Shown: positions 52,390 through 63,362, numbered from the whole stretch's first letter. The stretch: 63,891 bases of DNA, filler included, from an uncultured Methanoregulaceae archaeon (GCA_964530035.1; 8 parts of 8 records of this genome joined end to end with filler, not necessarily neighbours in it), one strand, 5' to 3'. Notes: a model not told the origin generated them from the sequence alone. Made by a program: numbers and translations.

Positions 52390-54267
52390 TTGCAAGATAC
52401 ACTCAATACCGTGGAGAAGAAGAAGGTCCTGTACGTCGACGACGAGCCGGCGCTCTGTTCCCTTACCAAGATCTTTCTAGAAAAAACGGGCTACTTCTCC
52501 GTGAAGACCGCGATCTCCGCCAAGGAGGGCTACCTGTACATCGGCATGGAGGAGTTCGACGCCATCGTTTCGGACTACCAGATGCCCGAGGTCAACGGGA
52601 TCGAGTTCCTCCAGGAGGTCAGGGCAAAGGCGGCCGACCTCCCGTTCATCCTCTTCACCGGTAAAGGACGCGAGGAGGTCGCCATCCAGGCCATCAATAA
52701 CGGCGCCGACTTCTACCTCCAGAAGGGGGGCGACCCGGTCTCGCAGTTCGCCGAGCTCGCCCACAAGATCGGGATGGCCATCGAGCGCAAACACGCCATC
52801 GAGGCCCTGAAGGACTCCGAGCAGCAGCTTGCGGATATCATCAACTTCCTCCCGGACGCTACCTTCGCCATCGGCCGTGACGGCCGTGTGATCGCCTGGA
52901 ACCACGCCATCGAGGAGATGACCGGCATACCGGCCTCCGGGATGATCGGGAAGGGCGACCACGAGTACGCCCTCCCCTTCTATGGTGACCGGCGCCCGAT
53001 GCTCATAGACCTCGTCTCCGCTCCGGACAGCGAGATAGAACGGCATTACCCAATGTTCGTCCACCGGAAGGCCGCTATCGTCGCGGCTGACTCCACCCGT
53101 CTCCCGGGAAAACCCTGGCTGGTGCTCATGGCAAGCGCCGGCCCCCTCTTTGACCGGAACGGCGATGTTAAGGGGGCGATCGAGTCGATCAGGGATGTTA
53201 CCGACCTTAAAAACGTCGAAAACGACCTCGCCCGGGCGAAGAAGGACTGGGAGACGATATTCCGGGCTGTGGGCCACCCTGCGATGGTCCTTGACATGGA
53301 CAACCGGGTCATCGATGCGAACGACGCGACGCTCAGGGTGACCGGGATGAGCCTCGAGGGGCTCATTGGAAGGCGCTGCTACGAGGTTTTCCATGCCGGA
53401 AAGAACTCGAGGCCACCTGAAAAATGTCCGTTCGAACGGCTGAAGCAGGGCGGTCCGACCGGGGCCTTCGAGACTGAGGTCGCAGCCCTGGACGGGTACT
53501 ACTCGGTCTCCTGTACGCCGGTGTACGGTGACAACGGGGAGCTCGAAAAGGTCATCCACATCGCCCTCGACATTACGGCGAGGAAGCGGGCAGAGGACGA
53601 ACTGAAGGCCGCATACGAGCAGCTGGCGGCATCGCAGGAGGAGCTGCAGGAGCAGTTCCAGGAACTCTCGCGGAACGAACAGCGGATCCGCGAGAACGAG
53701 TCCCGGCTCCTCTACCACCTCAGCTTCTACGACATGGCAAAAGAGCCGGAAAAGGAGATCCTCGACTGTGCCGTCGAGGGAGCGGGCGTCATCACCGGGA
53801 GCCCCCTCGCCTACCTCGCGTTTTTAAACGAGGACGAGAGCGAGCTGACGATGTATGCCTGGTCGCAGACCGCCATGAAGGAGTGTGCGATGCGGGAGAA
53901 GCCTGCTGTATACAGGACGGAGCAGACCGGTCTGTGGGGCGAGGCGGTCAGGCAGCGTCAGCCGGTCATCACGAACGACTACCAGGCCGGGAACCCGATG
54001 AAAAAGGGGTACCCGAAGGGACACCCCCACATCACGAGGCACATGAACATCCCGGTCATGGACGGGGACCATGTCGTGATCGTGGCCGGCGTCGCCAACA
54101 AGTACATCGATTACAACGACGAGGACGTCAAGCAGCTCTCTCTCCTCATGCACGGCCTCTGGGAGGTCCTCAAGCGGAGGAGGGCCGAGGAGGCGCTCGC
54201 CGTTAGCGAGGAAAAGTACCGGCGGCTCGCGTCGGACGGACCGGGGAGTCAGGGAACACAGGGATAG
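52390..54267 (+). CDS. receiver-PAS-PAS-GAF signalling protein with no kinase domain
   Basis: 'VLYVDDE', 'SDYQMP', 'FTGKG', 'YLQKG'; two PAS/PAC; GAF 'GLWGEAVRQR.PVITNDY'. Confidence 0.9.
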   Translation: MQDTLNTVEKKKVLYVDDEPALCSLTKIFLEKTGYFSVKTAISAKEGYLYIGMEEFDAIVSDYQMPEVNGIEFLQEVRAKAADLPFILFTGKGREEVAIQAINNGADFYLQKGGDPVSQFAELAHKIGMAIERKHAIEALKDSEQQLADIINFLPDATFAIGRDGRVIAWNHAIEEMTGIPASGMIGKGDHEYALPFYGDRRPMLIDLVSAPDSEIERHYPMFVHRKAAIVAADSTRLPGKPWLVLMASAGPLFDRNGDVKGAIESIRDVTDLKNVENDLARAKKDWETIFRAVGHPAMVLDMDNRVIDANDATLRVTGMSLEGLIGRRCYEVFHAGKNSRPPEKCPFERLKQGGPTGAFETEVAALDGYYSVSCTPVYGDNGELEKVIHIALDITARKRAEDELKAAYEQLAASQEELQEQFQELSRNEQRIRENESRLLYHLSFYDMAKEPEKEILDCAVEGAGVITGSPLAYLAFLNEDESELTMYAWSQTAMKECAMREKPAVYRTEQTGLWGEAVRQRQPVITNDYQAGNPMKKGYPKGHPHITRHMNIPVMDGDHVVIVAGVANKYIDYNDEDVKQLSLLMHGLWEVLKRRRAEEALAVSEEKYRRLASDGPGSQGTQG

Positions 54268-54380
54268 CGGTGCAGGAACCTCAGGGAGCTGTACCAGGGC
54301 CCGGGAATCAGGGAAAGAGGATGACGGGCAGGGTATCCTGGCGGAGCTGAACGCTCCTCCAGGCACAGGGCTTGATGAAA

Positions 54381-55676
54381 TCAGTCACTTTTCTCCATTA
54401 AGAGCCATTTCCACAACGGGACCACCGTTACCGCTCCCCTGACCTCATCCCTGTCCCGGGTAAGAAGGAGGAGTTCCTTCACCCGGTCCCCGAACTCCTC
54501 CGCAAACTCCACGAGCCCCTCCACCTCCCGCGAAGGGACGGTGTCCGTATAGGTAACATTGATGGCGGTCAGGAGGTTGTCAGGGTGTTTCACGACAAAA
54601 TCGACCTCCTTCACCTTTTTCCAGTAAAAAAGGTCTGCACCGGACCGGAGGAGTTCGACACACACCAGGTTTTCGGCTAATTTACCCTCGTCTTCAGAGA
54701 AGCGGAATGCCACCGCGTTCCTAAGACCGTTGTCTATGCAGTAGGGCTTCCGGTTCGACCGTTTCTGAACCTGCAGTGAATAGGCAAAGTGATGGACTTC
54801 GACTAGGACTTTGGCCATTTCGGCAAAATGAACATAGTCCCGGACAGCAGATAGGTCAATTCCAAGGAGGGCGCCAAGCCTCCGGTACGAATAGGGGGCG
54901 GTAAAATTGGTGAACAGGTAGTGGAGCAACCCGGCGAGGGCCTTCTGGTTCCTGACCTCGTTGATCCGGACGATGTCACGGTAGACGATGCTGTCATAGT
55001 ATGCCTTCAGATAATCACGTTTTGTCCGCTCGTCCCCCTGCAGCACGACGACCGGGAAGCCACCTTCCCGGAGGTACCGCTTCAGGTTATGCAGCAGTTC
55101 GTATTTCCCGGATGCGAGCCCGACCGGGTCCCCGGATACTTCAATCCCCTGAAACGAGAGGTATTCAGAAAAGTCCAGGGGATAGACAGGTACGGTGAAA
55201 TACCGCCCGGACAACCGGGTTGAAATCTCAGAGTCCAGCAGGTACGAGGAGGACCCGGATATGAGTATCCGGTATTCCTTCCGGTCATAGAGCGACTTGA
55301 GGGACTGCTCCCATCCGGGTACACCCTGAATCTCATCAAAAATAAGGTACAGCGTACCCCTGGCCGGGACTTCTTTCCTGTAGACATCGACAATCGTCAG
55401 GACTGGACTCTCGAGGCTGGAGACCTCGGGCTCGTCGCAGTTCACGAACAGGATGTTCCGGGGAGGTACGTGGTGGTCTTCGATAAGGGACCGGACGGTC
55501 TGGAAAAGGAGGGTCGTCTTTCCTGAACGCCTGACACCGCTCAGGACCACCACTTCTCCGGTCCCGGTGTACCGCATGATCCGGGATATATAGGCCGGCC
55601 GGAGTTTTCCGGTATCATAGTCCCGGCCTGTCCACCAGGGGTTCAGGGTGGTGAGCAGGTCGAGGAGGGGTGGCAT
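54381..55676 (-). CDS. AAA+ ATPase (AAA_14/DUF4143 type)
   Basis: 'GVRRSGKT', 'FDEIQ', 'SGSSS', 'LSGR', 'GGFP', 'EVDFV'. Confidence 0.92.
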   Translation of the reverse strand: MPPLLDLLTTLNPWWTGRDYDTGKLRPAYISRIMRYTGTGEVVVLSGVRRSGKTTLLFQTVRSLIEDHHVPPRNILFVNCDEPEVSSLESPVLTIVDVYRKEVPARGTLYLIFDEIQGVPGWEQSLKSLYDRKEYRILISGSSSYLLDSEISTRLSGRYFTVPVYPLDFSEYLSFQGIEVSGDPVGLASGKYELLHNLKRYLREGGFPVVVLQGDERTKRDYLKAYYDSIVYRDIVRINEVRNQKALAGLLHYLFTNFTAPYSYRRLGALLGIDLSAVRDYVHFAEMAKVLVEVHHFAYSLQVQKRSNRKPYCIDNGLRNAVAFRFSEDEGKLAENLVCVELLRSGADLFYWKKVKEVDFVVKHPDNLLTAINVTYTDTVPSREVEGLVEFAEEFGDRVKELLLLTRDRDEVRGAVTVVPLWKWLLMEKSD

Positions 55677-55680
55677 GCCA

Positions 55681-55763
55681 TTATGTATTGTTATAACATA
55701 TTATAAATCTTTATTTTGTAGTATTATAATTTGACATAAAATAATTTTATGTATGGTTATAAC
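55681..55763. promoter_or_regulatory. AT-rich promoter with direct and inverted repeats
   Basis: TTATGTAT(T/G)GTTATAAC at 55681 and 55747; ACATAAAAT-A-ATTTTATGT at 55734-55752. Confidence 0.6.
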
Positions 55764-56096
55764 CTAACATAACCGTTTTTCCATCTGCTCCGGCCATAGG
55801 GATCTCCTTTCTACCAGGCAGAAACCTGCAAAGCGATGACGCCATTTCGGACAGGGTTGAACAGTCCAGATATGCATGGACCGTCTACACCAGGAAAATA
55901 CTGGATTTGCCGCCACCAGGATCACCGGGATTGTCCCTGTACGTATCGAAAAGTCGTCATCGGATCTACCCGGGCCCCCGCAGTCCGGGCTGCAGGCATT
56001 CCTGTCTGCGCCCAAGGGGCCGCCGGAGGCACCGGACATGGCAGAAGCGGGTGTGAAAACTGGAGTATTCATAAGCTACGCGGTTCGAGTACGATC

Positions 56097-56270
56097 ATGG
56101 ACCAGCGGATCATCAACGCCATCCTCATCCTCCTCGGTCTCTATCTCACGGCAACCGGCGGCCTCGCCCTCGCGGGAAAACCGGGATTCTTCGACTACCT
56201 GTCGGTCGTCATAGGCATCGTCCTGGTCGTCACCGGGGCGGTCGGCCTGAGGAAAGGAAAAGTGCTCTAA
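56097..56270 (+). CDS. 57-aa two-TM protein
   Basis: MDQRIINAILILLG...; internal ATG of the longer tracked ORF. Confidence 0.7.
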   Translation: MDQRIINAILILLGLYLTATGGLALAGKPGFFDYLSVVIGIVLVVTGAVGLRKGKVL

Positions 56271-56434
56271 GTATTTCCCGGGCCTCCACCTCTTTTTCAC
56301 ATCCATGAAACCGGGAGCAGGGACACCATCCGCGGAAAAACGCCCCGGTCAGGGCGGAAACAGGTCTCATGCTCCCGGCCAGGTACCTCTACCCCAGAGG
56401 CTTTATCCTCTTGGAAAAGGAGGTGTATCATATC

Positions 56435-56923
56435 ATGGCCACAAAGGAAGTCTTCCATGGAGTACCCGGCATCCTCCGCCCGTTCAAGGAATACCTCGTG
56501 AAGTCAGGATTTACCAAGGGCGACCAGGTCGTCTATTACGGTGTCCCGGGCACCTGCACGCCTTTTGTCGAGCTGCTGGCGTTCGCCGTCAGGTCGATGG
56601 AGCTTGACCAGGTCTTCGTCCCGTTCATCGACGAAAAAAAGGCACGGAAGGTCGTCCTCGTCGACGGGGTCGGCATGCAGGCCGGGGACCCGGCCGGTCA
56701 GCTCAGCCCGAAGACCGTCGTGGTCATGGGCGGCCTGTCCATGCCGGACGTCCCGGTGGAGGCGGCGCAGATGAAGGCAGCCATTGACCGCCACCCCGGT
56801 ACGAAGGTCGTCGGGGTCTGCTTCATGCACATGTTTGAAAAGGCCGGGTGGCTCCCGGTCGTGCCGTTCGACTGCCTCATCGACGCGAACATCGACCCGG
56901 TCGAGGTCGAAAAGCAGGGATGA
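56435..56923 (+). CDS. DUF2124 family protein
   Basis: 'GTCTPFVELLAF', 'GGLSMP', 'GVCFMHMFEKAGW'; GGAGGTG upstream. Confidence 0.85.
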   Translation: MATKEVFHGVPGILRPFKEYLVKSGFTKGDQVVYYGVPGTCTPFVELLAFAVRSMELDQVFVPFIDEKKARKVVLVDGVGMQAGDPAGQLSPKTVVVMGGLSMPDVPVEAAQMKAAIDRHPGTKVVGVCFMHMFEKAGWLPVVPFDCLIDANIDPVEVEKQG

Positions 56924-57302
56924 GCCCGGGCTTCCTGCCCGGAAAGCTCTTTTTAAAAATCATCTGAGTGAGAAACGGGTTTTTCTGACCAGGGGCCGCC
57001 CTGGTGTTCATCGCGGCAGGGCTCTACCTGACCTTCACGGTATACCGGAGCGGGACAGGGTAAAACGAAGACATTCCGGAGGAAAATACCCTGACATGCC
57101 CGGGGACCAGGGTACTGTCCAGGGGTGCTGCGAGTGCCCGGTATATGAATGTTTCAGGTAACCGTGTTCATTATCGCCTGCATTGTCCTGAACAGATAAA
57201 ATATCGCATTTTTTTATAAACCCTCCGGAAAAATGCTATGATCTGCGTACCTGCGGTGCCATGGGGTGACATGGCGGTGCAGGACGGAGGAAGGTCCGAT
57301 TA

Positions 57303-58751
57303 ATGGCTGAATGGTCCCGAAATAACTGGTTGAAAGTCTCGTTTGTACTATTCATGGTCCTCTGTATGATACCCGTGGTCCCGCCGGCACTGGCAGAGGA
57401 CCCCGCAGGCTCCGTCCAGGACCCCGGTCCTGCCGCTCCCGAAACAATACCGGCACCCATTGAAGCACCGGCCGGGACCTCGCCGGTTGTGGCAGAAGAA
57501 CTCGTCAGTTCCGGCCCGGACCCCGGCCCTGCCACGTCCGAAATGATATTGGCACCGACTGAAGCACCAACCCAGGCCCCGCCGGCCGGTTCACAGCCGG
57601 TTGAAGTCCCGGCAACCGTTCCCGGAGAGGGGCCGGTGCCCCCGGAGGTCACGCCGGGACCCACCGATACGCCGGGACCCATGCCTGGTACTGAACCGGC
57701 TGCCGTGGAAACAACCCCAGGACCCACCGTGGAGCCGACAACCCTTCCCACCCCGGAACCTTCAATCTCCCTGACCGGACCGGTATCTACAGTCCCGACA
57801 ACTCCTCCGGATAACCAGACCTGCGAGGGGCAGCCAGCAGGAATGTCATCATCTCCTGCATTTGACCTGTCGTTCACCAGTGGCCTTTCCGATCCACCCC
57901 TGAATACAACGAACCTCCAGGGTGAGGGCGACAGTCGCTACTGGGAGATCAACGCTACAACAGGCTCGGGGGGGTATTATCCCCTCGACCTTGGCGGGCT
58001 TATTACCAAATCACTCGTCGGGATATGGATCCACGACGTTTCCAATATCGTCCTCGATGGGAAAGGCCAGACCCTCGAGTACACCGGCCAACCTGACCAG
58101 GGTGCAACAGGCGTGGTCATCAACGGGACATCGTCCAGCAACATCCAGATCGTCAACCTGAAGTTCCTGAACTGGGACACCGCGATCTCGATCCTGAACG
58201 GCAATAACATCTACGTGATGGACAATGTCGCGGTGACCGGGAACAGGGCCAGCGGCGGGACTACCGGGTCGGGTATCGTTGCCACGGACTCCACCGGGGT
58301 CTTCATCGCGTCGAACCTGTCGGCCGGTTCAGTAAGCATACAGGATACCGCCCGGGACGGGATCGTGTTTGACAGGGTCACCGGGGGGCTGATCAACAAC
58401 ACGCTCATATCCAACTCCCTGCAGGAAGGTGTGAACCTGACCTCCTCGCACCAGGTAACCGTCCAGAATGTCACTGCGAACGGGAACCGTGCCGGTATCG
58501 CCCTTCACTCCTCGGATGACAACACCCTTTCCGGGAACACTGCACGGGGCGACAACAACCCGTCCACGATGGACTACGGGTTCTACCTCGACGCTTCGAA
58601 TAATAACAAGCTCACGGGCAACGCGGCGTCCGACAACGTCATTGGCTACGCCCTGTACCACTCAGACAACAACGAGCTGACCGGGAATTCCGGGACAAAC
58701 AACCATTATACGGAGTGGGGTGACGGCCGTGGAGGGGACTTCTACCTCTTT
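57303..58751 (+). CDS. surface protein with Pro/Thr-rich stalk and NosD/CASH beta-helix, 3'-truncated
   Basis: signal peptide, PT-rich region, 'GI.L..S..N.L.GN' repeats. Confidence 0.85.
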
Positions 58752-58851
58752 NNNNNNNNNNNNNNNNNNNNNNNNNNNNNNNNNNNNNNNNNNNNTTAAT
58801 TAATTAANNNNNNNNNNNNNNNNNNNNNNNNNNNNNNNNNNNNNNNNNNNN
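58752..58851. other. artificial contig linker
   Basis: N44-TTAATTAATTAA-N44. Confidence 0.99.
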
Positions 58852-58852
58852 C

Positions 58853-61306
58853 GAAGGCATCCTCAGGGACATCACCGGGCGCAAGCAGGCCGAGGATGAA
58901 CTACGCAAGAGCGAAAAACGCGCCAGTATGCAGAGGACTGCAATCGCCGGCCTTGTCCTCGACCAGGTTATCGCCGGCGGTGAAACCTCAGAGGCCCTCA
59001 GGCGTGTCGCAGAAACAGTATCTGTCGCCCTTGGCGTTGCACGCGCCAGCATCTGGACCCTGGAGAAGGACGGGTCGGAACTACTGTGTCGCTCGCTGTA
59101 TGAAGCCGATACAAAGACGCACAGCAGCGGTATGGCAATTAAGACATCTGACTTTCCGCGCTACTTTGAAGCCCTCATGTCTGAAAACCGCATCTATGCC
59201 GGCGACGCACAAAGCGATCCACGGACCAGAGAACTGGCGGAATTCTATCTCAAGGTGCTGGGAATCACGTCCATGCTCGACGCAGGGGTATTCATTGAAG
59301 GCAGACTGGTCGGCGTTGTCTGTAGCGAACACATAGGGGCCCTGCGGACATGGCACCCCGATGAAGAGTCCTTCATCTCCACGGTTGCCGCAATCGTTTC
59401 CCAGATTTTCCTCAATAATGAGCGCAAGAAGGCCGAACAGGCGCTTTCGGAGAGTGAGGCCAGCCTCCAGGCCATCATGACCAACACGAGTGACATCATC
59501 GCCTCGTACGACCGCGATGTCCGCCTGATTGCCTATAACCGCTCCTGCAGCGAGGTCTACCGTGAGCTCTTCGGCGTCGAGATCCACCCGGGCCTCTTCA
59601 CCCTGGACCTCTTTCCCGAGTCCCAGCGGGATTTCTGGACCGCCAACAACGCGAGGGCACTTGCAGGGGAATCATTCCGGGCGGAGTTTGAGATAACGGC
59701 CCCTGACGGGAACAGGCGGTTCTTCGAGTCTTCCTTCAACCCTATCCGGCAAAACGCGGAGGTGGTCGGGTTTTCGACCATGACCCGGGACATCACGGAA
59801 CGTAAAAAGGCTGAGGCCACACTCCACGCTGCCTGTGGGCAGATCGCAGCATCTGAGGAGGAATTGCGCAGGCACTACGAGGAGATCAGGCTGAGCGAAC
59901 AAAGGTTACGCGAGAGCGAGGAGCGGTTCCGCCATATCGTCGAGGCGTCCCCGGACATGATCTGGGAAATTGACCTTTGCGGTAACTTCCGGTATATAAG
60001 CCCTCAGATCGAACCAATTCTCGGTTTTTCACCGGAAGAAATCACAGGGCAGTCCGTCCTCATCCTGATACCGGAGTTTGCCCACGCATTCGTGACGCAG
60101 GAACTGGGCCGTGCGGCATCCGGGGCCGGCCTGTTTACGGTTGAGGTACCGGCCCTGCATAAGGACGGACGAAACCGTTTTATCGAGATCCGCTCCGTTC
60201 CTGTCCGTGGTGGCGATGGGAAGACAACCGGGTTCCAGGGAGTTGCTCATGACATTACCGAGCGGAAGAAGGCAATTTCCGCCCTTGCCGAGAGTGAGGA
60301 GCTGTACAGGAAGCTGGTCAGCACGGTACCTGACATCGTGCTCCGGACTGACCTTACCGGAAAAATCGTATTTATCAATGAGACCGGGGTAACGATGAGC
60401 GGCAACGCGAAAGCGGAGGATATGACAGGCCAGTCGGTCTTCGACTTTTTTTCCCCTGAAGACCTCCCCCGGGCTATTGCAAATACAAAAGAGATGTTTA
60501 AGCGTCGGCTCGGACCTGTCGAGTATGTATTCGTATCAAGCGAGGGGAACCGGTTCACACTCGAAATCAATGGCGATGTTCTCCGCACCCCGGGCGGAGA
60601 GCCATATGGGATGGTCTATGTCGGCCGGGATGTCACCGGACGGAGGAAGGCCGAGGAGGCGATCCGTATAGCCCACCGGCAGCTCACCCTGCTCAGCGGC
60701 ATCACACGGCATGACATCCTCAACCTGGTCACCGTCATGCTCGGGTACCTTTCCCTGGCTGAAACAAGGTCTGAAAATCAGGAAATGCGTTCATTCATCC
60801 ACACTATCAGGGAGAAGACCCGGCAGGTAGAGGACCTGATCGAGTTCACCCGGGTCTACGAGGATCTTGGGAGTATCACACCGCAGTGGCTGGACCTCCA
60901 TGAAGTCCTGAGGGAAAATCCTGCTCCACAGGGAGTTTGTCTGTCTGATGAATGCGCAGATGTTGAGATCTATGCCGACGTCATGCTGGGGAGGGTTTTT
61001 TGCAACCTGGTCGATAACTCGGTCCGTCACGGCGGGGACGTGTCGGAGATCCAGGTGACCACCAGGGAGAGCAAAGACCTTCTCACCATCCTGTACGAGG
61101 ACAACGGCACCGGGATCCCTGCCAGGGAGAAGGAAAGGATCTTCGACCGTGGCTACGGCAAAAACACGGGTCTTGGACTTTTCCTCGCCCGCGAAATCCT
61201 GTCGGTTACCGGGATCACGATCAAAGAGACCGGCGAGCCGGGAAAGGGGGCGAGGTTCGAGGTCGTCGTCCCCAGGGGTTATTGGCGGAAAGCCGCCAAG
61301 AAATAG
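58853..61306 (+). CDS. GAF/multi-PAS sensor histidine kinase, 5'-truncated
   Basis: GAF, three PAS, 'TRHDILN', 'DNSVRHG', 'GLGLFL'. Confidence 0.93.
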   Translation, partial: EGILRDITGRKQAEDELRKSEKRASMQRTAIAGLVLDQVIAGGETSEALRRVAETVSVALGVARASIWTLEKDGSELLCRSLYEADTKTHSSGMAIKTSDFPRYFEALMSENRIYAGDAQSDPRTRELAEFYLKVLGITSMLDAGVFIEGRLVGVVCSEHIGALRTWHPDEESFISTVAAIVSQIFLNNERKKAEQALSESEASLQAIMTNTSDIIASYDRDVRLIAYNRSCSEVYRELFGVEIHPGLFTLDLFPESQRDFWTANNARALAGESFRAEFEITAPDGNRRFFESSFNPIRQNAEVVGFSTMTRDITERKKAEATLHAACGQIAASEEELRRHYEEIRLSEQRLRESEERFRHIVEASPDMIWEIDLCGNFRYISPQIEPILGFSPEEITGQSVLILIPEFAHAFVTQELGRAASGAGLFTVEVPALHKDGRNRFIEIRSVPVRGGDGKTTGFQGVAHDITERKKAISALAESEELYRKLVSTVPDIVLRTDLTGKIVFINETGVTMSGNAKAEDMTGQSVFDFFSPEDLPRAIANTKEMFKRRLGPVEYVFVSSEGNRFTLEINGDVLRTPGGEPYGMVYVGRDVTGRRKAEEAIRIAHRQLTLLSGITRHDILNLVTVMLGYLSLAETRSENQEMRSFIHTIREKTRQVEDLIEFTRVYEDLGSITPQWLDLHEVLRENPAPQGVCLSDECADVEIYADVMLGRVFCNLVDNSVRHGGDVSEIQVTTRESKDLLTILYEDNGTGIPAREKERIFDRGYGKNTGLGLFLAREILSVTGITIKETGEPGKGARFEVVVPRGYWRKAAKK

Positions 61307-61730
61307 TTGCTATCTTATTCCACCCCCACTATCCTGCCAACCCGGTCGTTTTAAAGGACTAAATCACCGGGACGTCAGTCTCCTGCGGTTGAGCTTTCGT
61401 ATCGCAGATGAGCGTACATCCCCTGAATGTCGCCCGGGGCGGCAGGCTTCCTCCCCCTTCGTCTGCCACTCTGTGAAACCGTGAAAACCTGACCAAGGGA
61501 CCTGTGAAGTCCATGCACACGTATCGCAGTTTTTTTCCCAGTCCCCGTGAGAACGACATCCGGGTGGTTCAACCTGTATTTCTCCAGGGGAACGGGTACT
61601 CCTGGCAGTTCATACCAGGGAGATTCCCAGGGATTCCCACGCGGCCCTTATATCTTCACATCGGCCTGAAAACAGGGTCGCGGGACAGGGATTGCATTAA
61701 ACTGCCCTTGGGTTCCCTGTCCTCCCGGTT

Positions 61731-61862
61731 CCGGACATCATCACCCCGATAAGCACCAGGATGGCATACGTCCCGGTGAACTGAGGAACGGTGAACAGGG
61801 ATGCCCCGGGGAGGATGGCGAAGACGAGGATGATAGAGGCCTGTACGAGGCTACGGACCGTG
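61731..61862 (-). pseudogene. degenerate 132-bp duplicate of an ABC-2 permease segment
   Basis: collinear with 62926-63057; TVRSLVQASIILVFA versus TVRGLVQASIILVFA. Confidence 0.85.
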
Positions 61863-61927
61863 TTATTGAGGACCTCCTTCATGGGGCGTTCACGCTCTCC
61901 GTGAGGTCCGGGTGGGTTTTTCCCGGG

Positions 61928-62623
61928 CTATCGCGGCGGACGCCACCTGAGGACATTTTCCGTCCAGTACGGGTCGGCCTGGTAATCCTGCGGGGCCCTT
62001 GTCCGTTTTCTCCCCCTTAAACGGCCCGTTGCATGGTCCTTCCTCCAGTACACCGGTTCCGAGCTGGTGGTGTCCATGGATTTGATCCGGTCGATACCAA
62101 GCGAGAGGACCCAGTCGAGGTCGACTGGGGTATAGCCGGCCAGCTCGCAACTGACATTGATATTGCGGTTCTTACCGTCTATGAACGGGAACCGGGGGAG
62201 CATCCGGTGATGATGTCCGTGGATGGCCCACCCGCCCCACCAGGGCGGTATGTCCTCGGGCCGGTGGACGAGGAGGAAGTCCTGTTTCCTGTGCGTCAGG
62301 ATGGTGATCAGGGGATATCCGGCATTTTCATGGGGTGGCTGCTTCTTCCAGACCCGGTCCCCCTCGAAGTCGTGGTTCCCCAGGATGAAGTGGACCGTGC
62401 CGTTCAGCCGCCCTGCGTACTTGTCCATCTCCTCCTTTGTCCAGGCGAAATCACCGAGCGAGTACACAGTATCTTCAGGACGGACCACCCGGTTCCAGTT
62501 CCTGACCATGGCCCCGTTCATCGCCTGTGAATCCGGGAATGGCCTGTTAAAGAAGACGATGATATTTCCCGGGCCGTCATAGTCGCTGAAATGGTTGTCA
62601 CTTATCACGAAGGTCCTGGCCAC
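61928..62623 (-). CDS. calcineurin-like metallophosphoesterase
   Basis: 'ISDNHF', 'NWN.VV', 'LGDF', 'GNHD', 'HGHHH', 'INVSCE'. Confidence 0.88.
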   Translation of the reverse strand: MARTFVISDNHFSDYDGPGNIIVFFNRPFPDSQAMNGAMVRNWNRVVRPEDTVYSLGDFAWTKEEMDKYAGRLNGTVHFILGNHDFEGDRVWKKQPPHENAGYPLITILTHRKQDFLLVHRPEDIPPWWGGWAIHGHHHRMLPRFPFIDGKNRNINVSCELAGYTPVDLDWVLSLGIDRIKSMDTTSSEPVYWRKDHATGRLRGRKRTRAPQDYQADPYWTENVLRWRPPR

Positions 62624-62636
62624 GTCCCACGTCCTC

Positions 62637-63362
62637 CTAGATCTTCACCCGCCTGAACCGGTGTACGCTGACCCCGAGGACAACGACGCAGAGGATGGCG
62701 AGCCCGGCGAGCTTGTCCCAGGCGATGACGCCCACCTGGAGGAGCCTGATCGCATCGATGGCAAAGCTCAGCGGGTTGATCATGGCCGGTACCTTCAGCC
62801 ATTCAGGCATGAGGGCATAGGGCATGAGCGCACTGGACGTGAAGAAGATCGGCAGGCTGATCATTGCCGTGACCGCCGCGTACCCGTCGTGGTCCATGAC
62901 ATGGAGGGCGATGGTCGTCCCGAACCCGGACATCATCACGCCGAAGAGCACCAGGATGGCGTACGTCCCGGCCAGCTGGGGCAGGGTGTAGAGGGACGCC
63001 CCGAGGAAAAAGGCGAAGACGAGGATGATGGATGCCTGTACGAGGCCACGGACCGTGATGAAGAGGATCTTGCCGAAGAGGATGCTCTCCCGCGACGAGG
63101 GCATGGCCAGGAACTTGTTCAGGAACCCGAGCATGCGGTCGAATATGAGGAGCGCCCCGCCCTGGAGGGACCCGTTTAAGATGCTCATGGCGAGGATCCC
63201 GGGCGTGATGAAATCGATGTAGTTGTCAGTGAACCGGATCGGCATGGCCAGCCCGACGAACACGAGCTACGCCGCCGGCATCACGAGGGCCGAGACCACC
63301 CCGACCCTCCCGCGGGTCCACTTGATGAAGTCGCGCCTGAAGTAGGCGAACACGGCGTCCAT
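62637..63362 (-). pseudogene. ABC-2 type permease with in-frame TAG at codon 32
   Basis: MDAVFAYFRRDFIKWTRGRVGVVSALVMPAA*LVFVG; TAG at 63267-63269; 'INPLSFAIDAIR'. Confidence 0.8.

Noticed and set aside
52477..53718. 413-aa antisense ORF (and similar long shadows elsewhere)
   Set aside because: Expected from high third-position GC opposite real genes.
8415..58851. Seven regularly spaced TTAATTAATTAA motifs in N runs
   Set aside because: Assembly concatenation linkers; spacing reflects contigs sorted by length. Gene adjacency across them has no meaning.
63267..63269. Pyrrolysine or amber recoding
   Set aside because: TAG terminates several normal genes here and no pyl genes or methylamine methyltransferases are visible.
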